A DNA stretch of 64,000 bases from Balanoglossus misakiensis (Eukaryota > Animalia > Hemichordata). The notes beneath the pieces are model-generated. The model did no database searches. It saw nothing but the letters and a program-made list of their open reading frames with translations, and was not told where the DNA came from. Made by a program: the position numbers and the translations under genes. Shown one piece after another: positions 62,001 through 64,000 of the stretch (its first letter is position 1; each line of letters opens with the position of its first letter). The stretch covers positions 3,131,344-3,195,343 of the forward strand of contig CM082584.2 in assembly GCA_040954595.2 (NCBI GenBank). The letters run 5' to 3'.

Positions 62001-62738
62001 TATTCTCTCGTGTATTTGTTTTCGCCTTTGCAAAAGCGAAAAAACACGCAGCTATAGTTTCTAGACTAGTGATCACGTAGAATAGCAAGCTAAGCCTTCT
62101 GAAAATGATTTCACTCGCTAATATCAGGCATGTCAACAGCCCTCTGTTTGCGACTTGACCGTACGTGCATATATTCGGTTGCCCACAGCTATCAAGACCG
62201 CCGCTGTGACAATGCTTGGAGGCGAAAAATTGAACAGACGGTCCCGTACAACTGAGATCATTGGAGATGCTGCGTACGTCATACTATCACAGGACAGCAG
62301 AGAGTTTACCGGCAATTTCTGTGTCGATGAACGCATCTTGCGGAAATTTGGAGTTACTGATTTTGAAAAATATGCGGTGGAACCAGGTAAGACGAATATC
62401 TCCGCCAATACGAATATCATATCTATGATTACCACATCAGATAACTCCGTTACACGTACAGGGTTGTACGAATTATATGAGTGGAATTCAGACCTGCCAA
62501 TGCAGCTATGTTTTATGACATGCTAGTATTAAAAACTGTCGAACACATGGATAAGTGATAATAGGCTGAACTGTTGTCATTTCGACATTACTTATAATTG
62601 ACTAAAGCCAAGATTATACTGTGGTTGACAGTTGTTGTTATTTTCTTCGTTTTAGGGATGAGTCTGGAACTATGCGGCTATTTGGATCACACAGACGAAG
62701 AATTAAAATTAACTGGAGTTTTTTCCAGCAAGCTTTAG
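59051..62738 (+). CDS. HSDL2: Hydroxysteroid dehydrogenase-like protein 2 (SDR) homolog, 7 exons, 293 aa, no SCP2 domain, C-terminal SKL
   Basis: Exons 59051-59067, 59658-59821, 59917-60130, 61531-61634, 61876-61977, 62189-62386, 62656-62738; GT-AG, phase-compatible, 882 nt. Motifs TGASRGIG, AAKT..HPKLPGTIYTAA, NNASAI, HILNMSPPL, YTMAK (YxxxK), FTGNFCVDE; ends FSSKL*. Confidence 0.93.
60361..61444 (+). mobile_element. Hairpin-headed non-coding element E (in HSDL2 intron 3)
   Basis: ~90-bp-arm hairpin 60361-60550; ttattgcatatgt (60551-60563) is inverted at the end as acatatgcaataa (61432-61444); internal ~200-bp duplication (~60717 and ~60923). Confidence 0.8.
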
Positions 62739-63020
62739 AGAGAGCAAAAATAGGCTGACGTTAACAACCCCAATGTGTTGAGCTGTGGTAACTTCACCGA
62801 CATTTTTAGCCACATTCTAGGAGGCTGTCTGAGTGGGAGATTATCTGAGTGTAAATTTGAGATACCAAGTAGTATAATGATTTTAACTTTTCTACAAATT
62901 TAAGGCAGCTTAGCCGCGTTCTTTTGGCTTTGCCCGCAAGTCATGACGTCACAGCTTACACGTGTATTTCTATTCGTAGGCCTAAATACTTGAACGTGCA
63001 TGACTGTTACTGGAAGGAAT

Positions 63021-63026
63021 AATAAA
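63021..63026 (+). terminator. Candidate polyadenylation signal of the HSDL2-like gene
   Basis: AATAAA ~280 nt after the stop codon. Confidence 0.45.
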
Positions 63027-64000
63027 ATCAATTAGTATTATATATAAATTACTGGTCGAAACCGTACTGTTCTCTATGACAAAGTTGTCTTTCTTCATTG
63101 TTTAGCCAGTGAAGAATCTGTCAGATGACAACTTGCAAATTCACCTAAGTTTCTTCTAAAATTAATGATTTGCAGGCCCTGGCTCTAACCAGATATTGTG
63201 GAGTGGGTTACTAAGAGTGGTGGCTTGGACCAGATATAATATTAAATTGATACAATGGATAGGTTACAATATTAAATTGTAACTTAGAATTAATATACGA
63301 TTTTCTCGATATTCTCGATTTTATGCGATCGATAAAACGGCATGTTGATTGTTGGGCACATGGCCAGCAACCTCCTCAAACGGGGTCTTAAAATAATATT
63401 CAGAGTAGGGATCAAGTCCTGCGGGTAATTGGGTATCAGATAAGGATTATATAAGGCAGGAGTCCTGCCTTATGTAATCCTTATCTTATACCAAATCGAC
63501 GCCACTGTTCAGTGTATTTGTTTGTGATTGACTCCCCTAGAAATCAAATGGTAATACCCAGCAAGGGCAGTGAACACGTACGTCGACAAAACACGTCTCT
63601 ACAGGTGACTTTTGACCCACCATTGACCTGAGTCGCGACTGCTTAACCATTAACCAGTAAATTGATTGATGAGGTGATATAGCCTGGTCAGATGTACATG
63701 CAGAGCTAGAGATGGCCGATAATAGTGGATATTCTAAGCAATATGCAATGAATCTCTCGACGTCCAATATTATGATCGCAGATAGTGATGAAAATAGCAC
63801 GTTTGTCTTGATATTGCGTGGATATTTAACTGTGTAGTCTGGACTGTCCCCGACCCTACCCTGTTTTAACTGGTGACCGTGGCTAACAAGCTTCAAGGTC
63901 ACTTGCCATAAAACATGATAACGCGAATATATCCTCCACAGTCGCATATGGGGGGGGGGGGGCATATGGGCTTCACTTCGCCCAGCTAGCACATATTGCT

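Noticed and set aside
63537-63992. 151-aa minus-strand ORF
   Set aside because: No recognisable motif or splice support; it starts in a poly-C/G repeat edge.

Overview
Eukaryotic, intron-rich and repeat-dense animal DNA. It resembles a marine invertebrate, but that is an inference from gene structure and repeat content, not an identification. Two intact spliced genes were reconstructed by hand on the + strand. POLR3C/RPC62 (12 coding exons, 2290-29044, 534 aa) includes a U12-type minor intron. An HSDL2-like short-chain dehydrogenase (7 exons, 59051-62738, 293 aa) lacks the SCP2 domain and ends in the peroxisomal signal SKL. The - strand carries a degraded CUB + GAIN/GPS (polycystin-1-like/adhesion-GPCR-type) gene at 33229-36768 and a possible small secreted-protein gene near 53-54.4 kb. 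Mobile DNA dominates the rest: a 7-kb foldback-type TIR element with two inverted 180-bp satellite arrays in POLR3C intron 1; a decayed Kolobok transposon (DDD/E transposase plus a convergent KolX/P2X7-ballast-like ORF); many TTAA-flanked Kolobok-type MITEs; Harbinger- and piggyBac-type MITEs; a Gypsy remnant; and a Tx1-clade LINE ORF1 remnant. The most striking pattern is a set of at least five non-coding elements with dissimilar sequence but one architecture: a long 5' hairpin whose right arm is fused to an inverted copy of the 3' end. The internal junction is therefore the reverse complement of the joined (circularised) ends. All coordinates were read manually and no searches were run.
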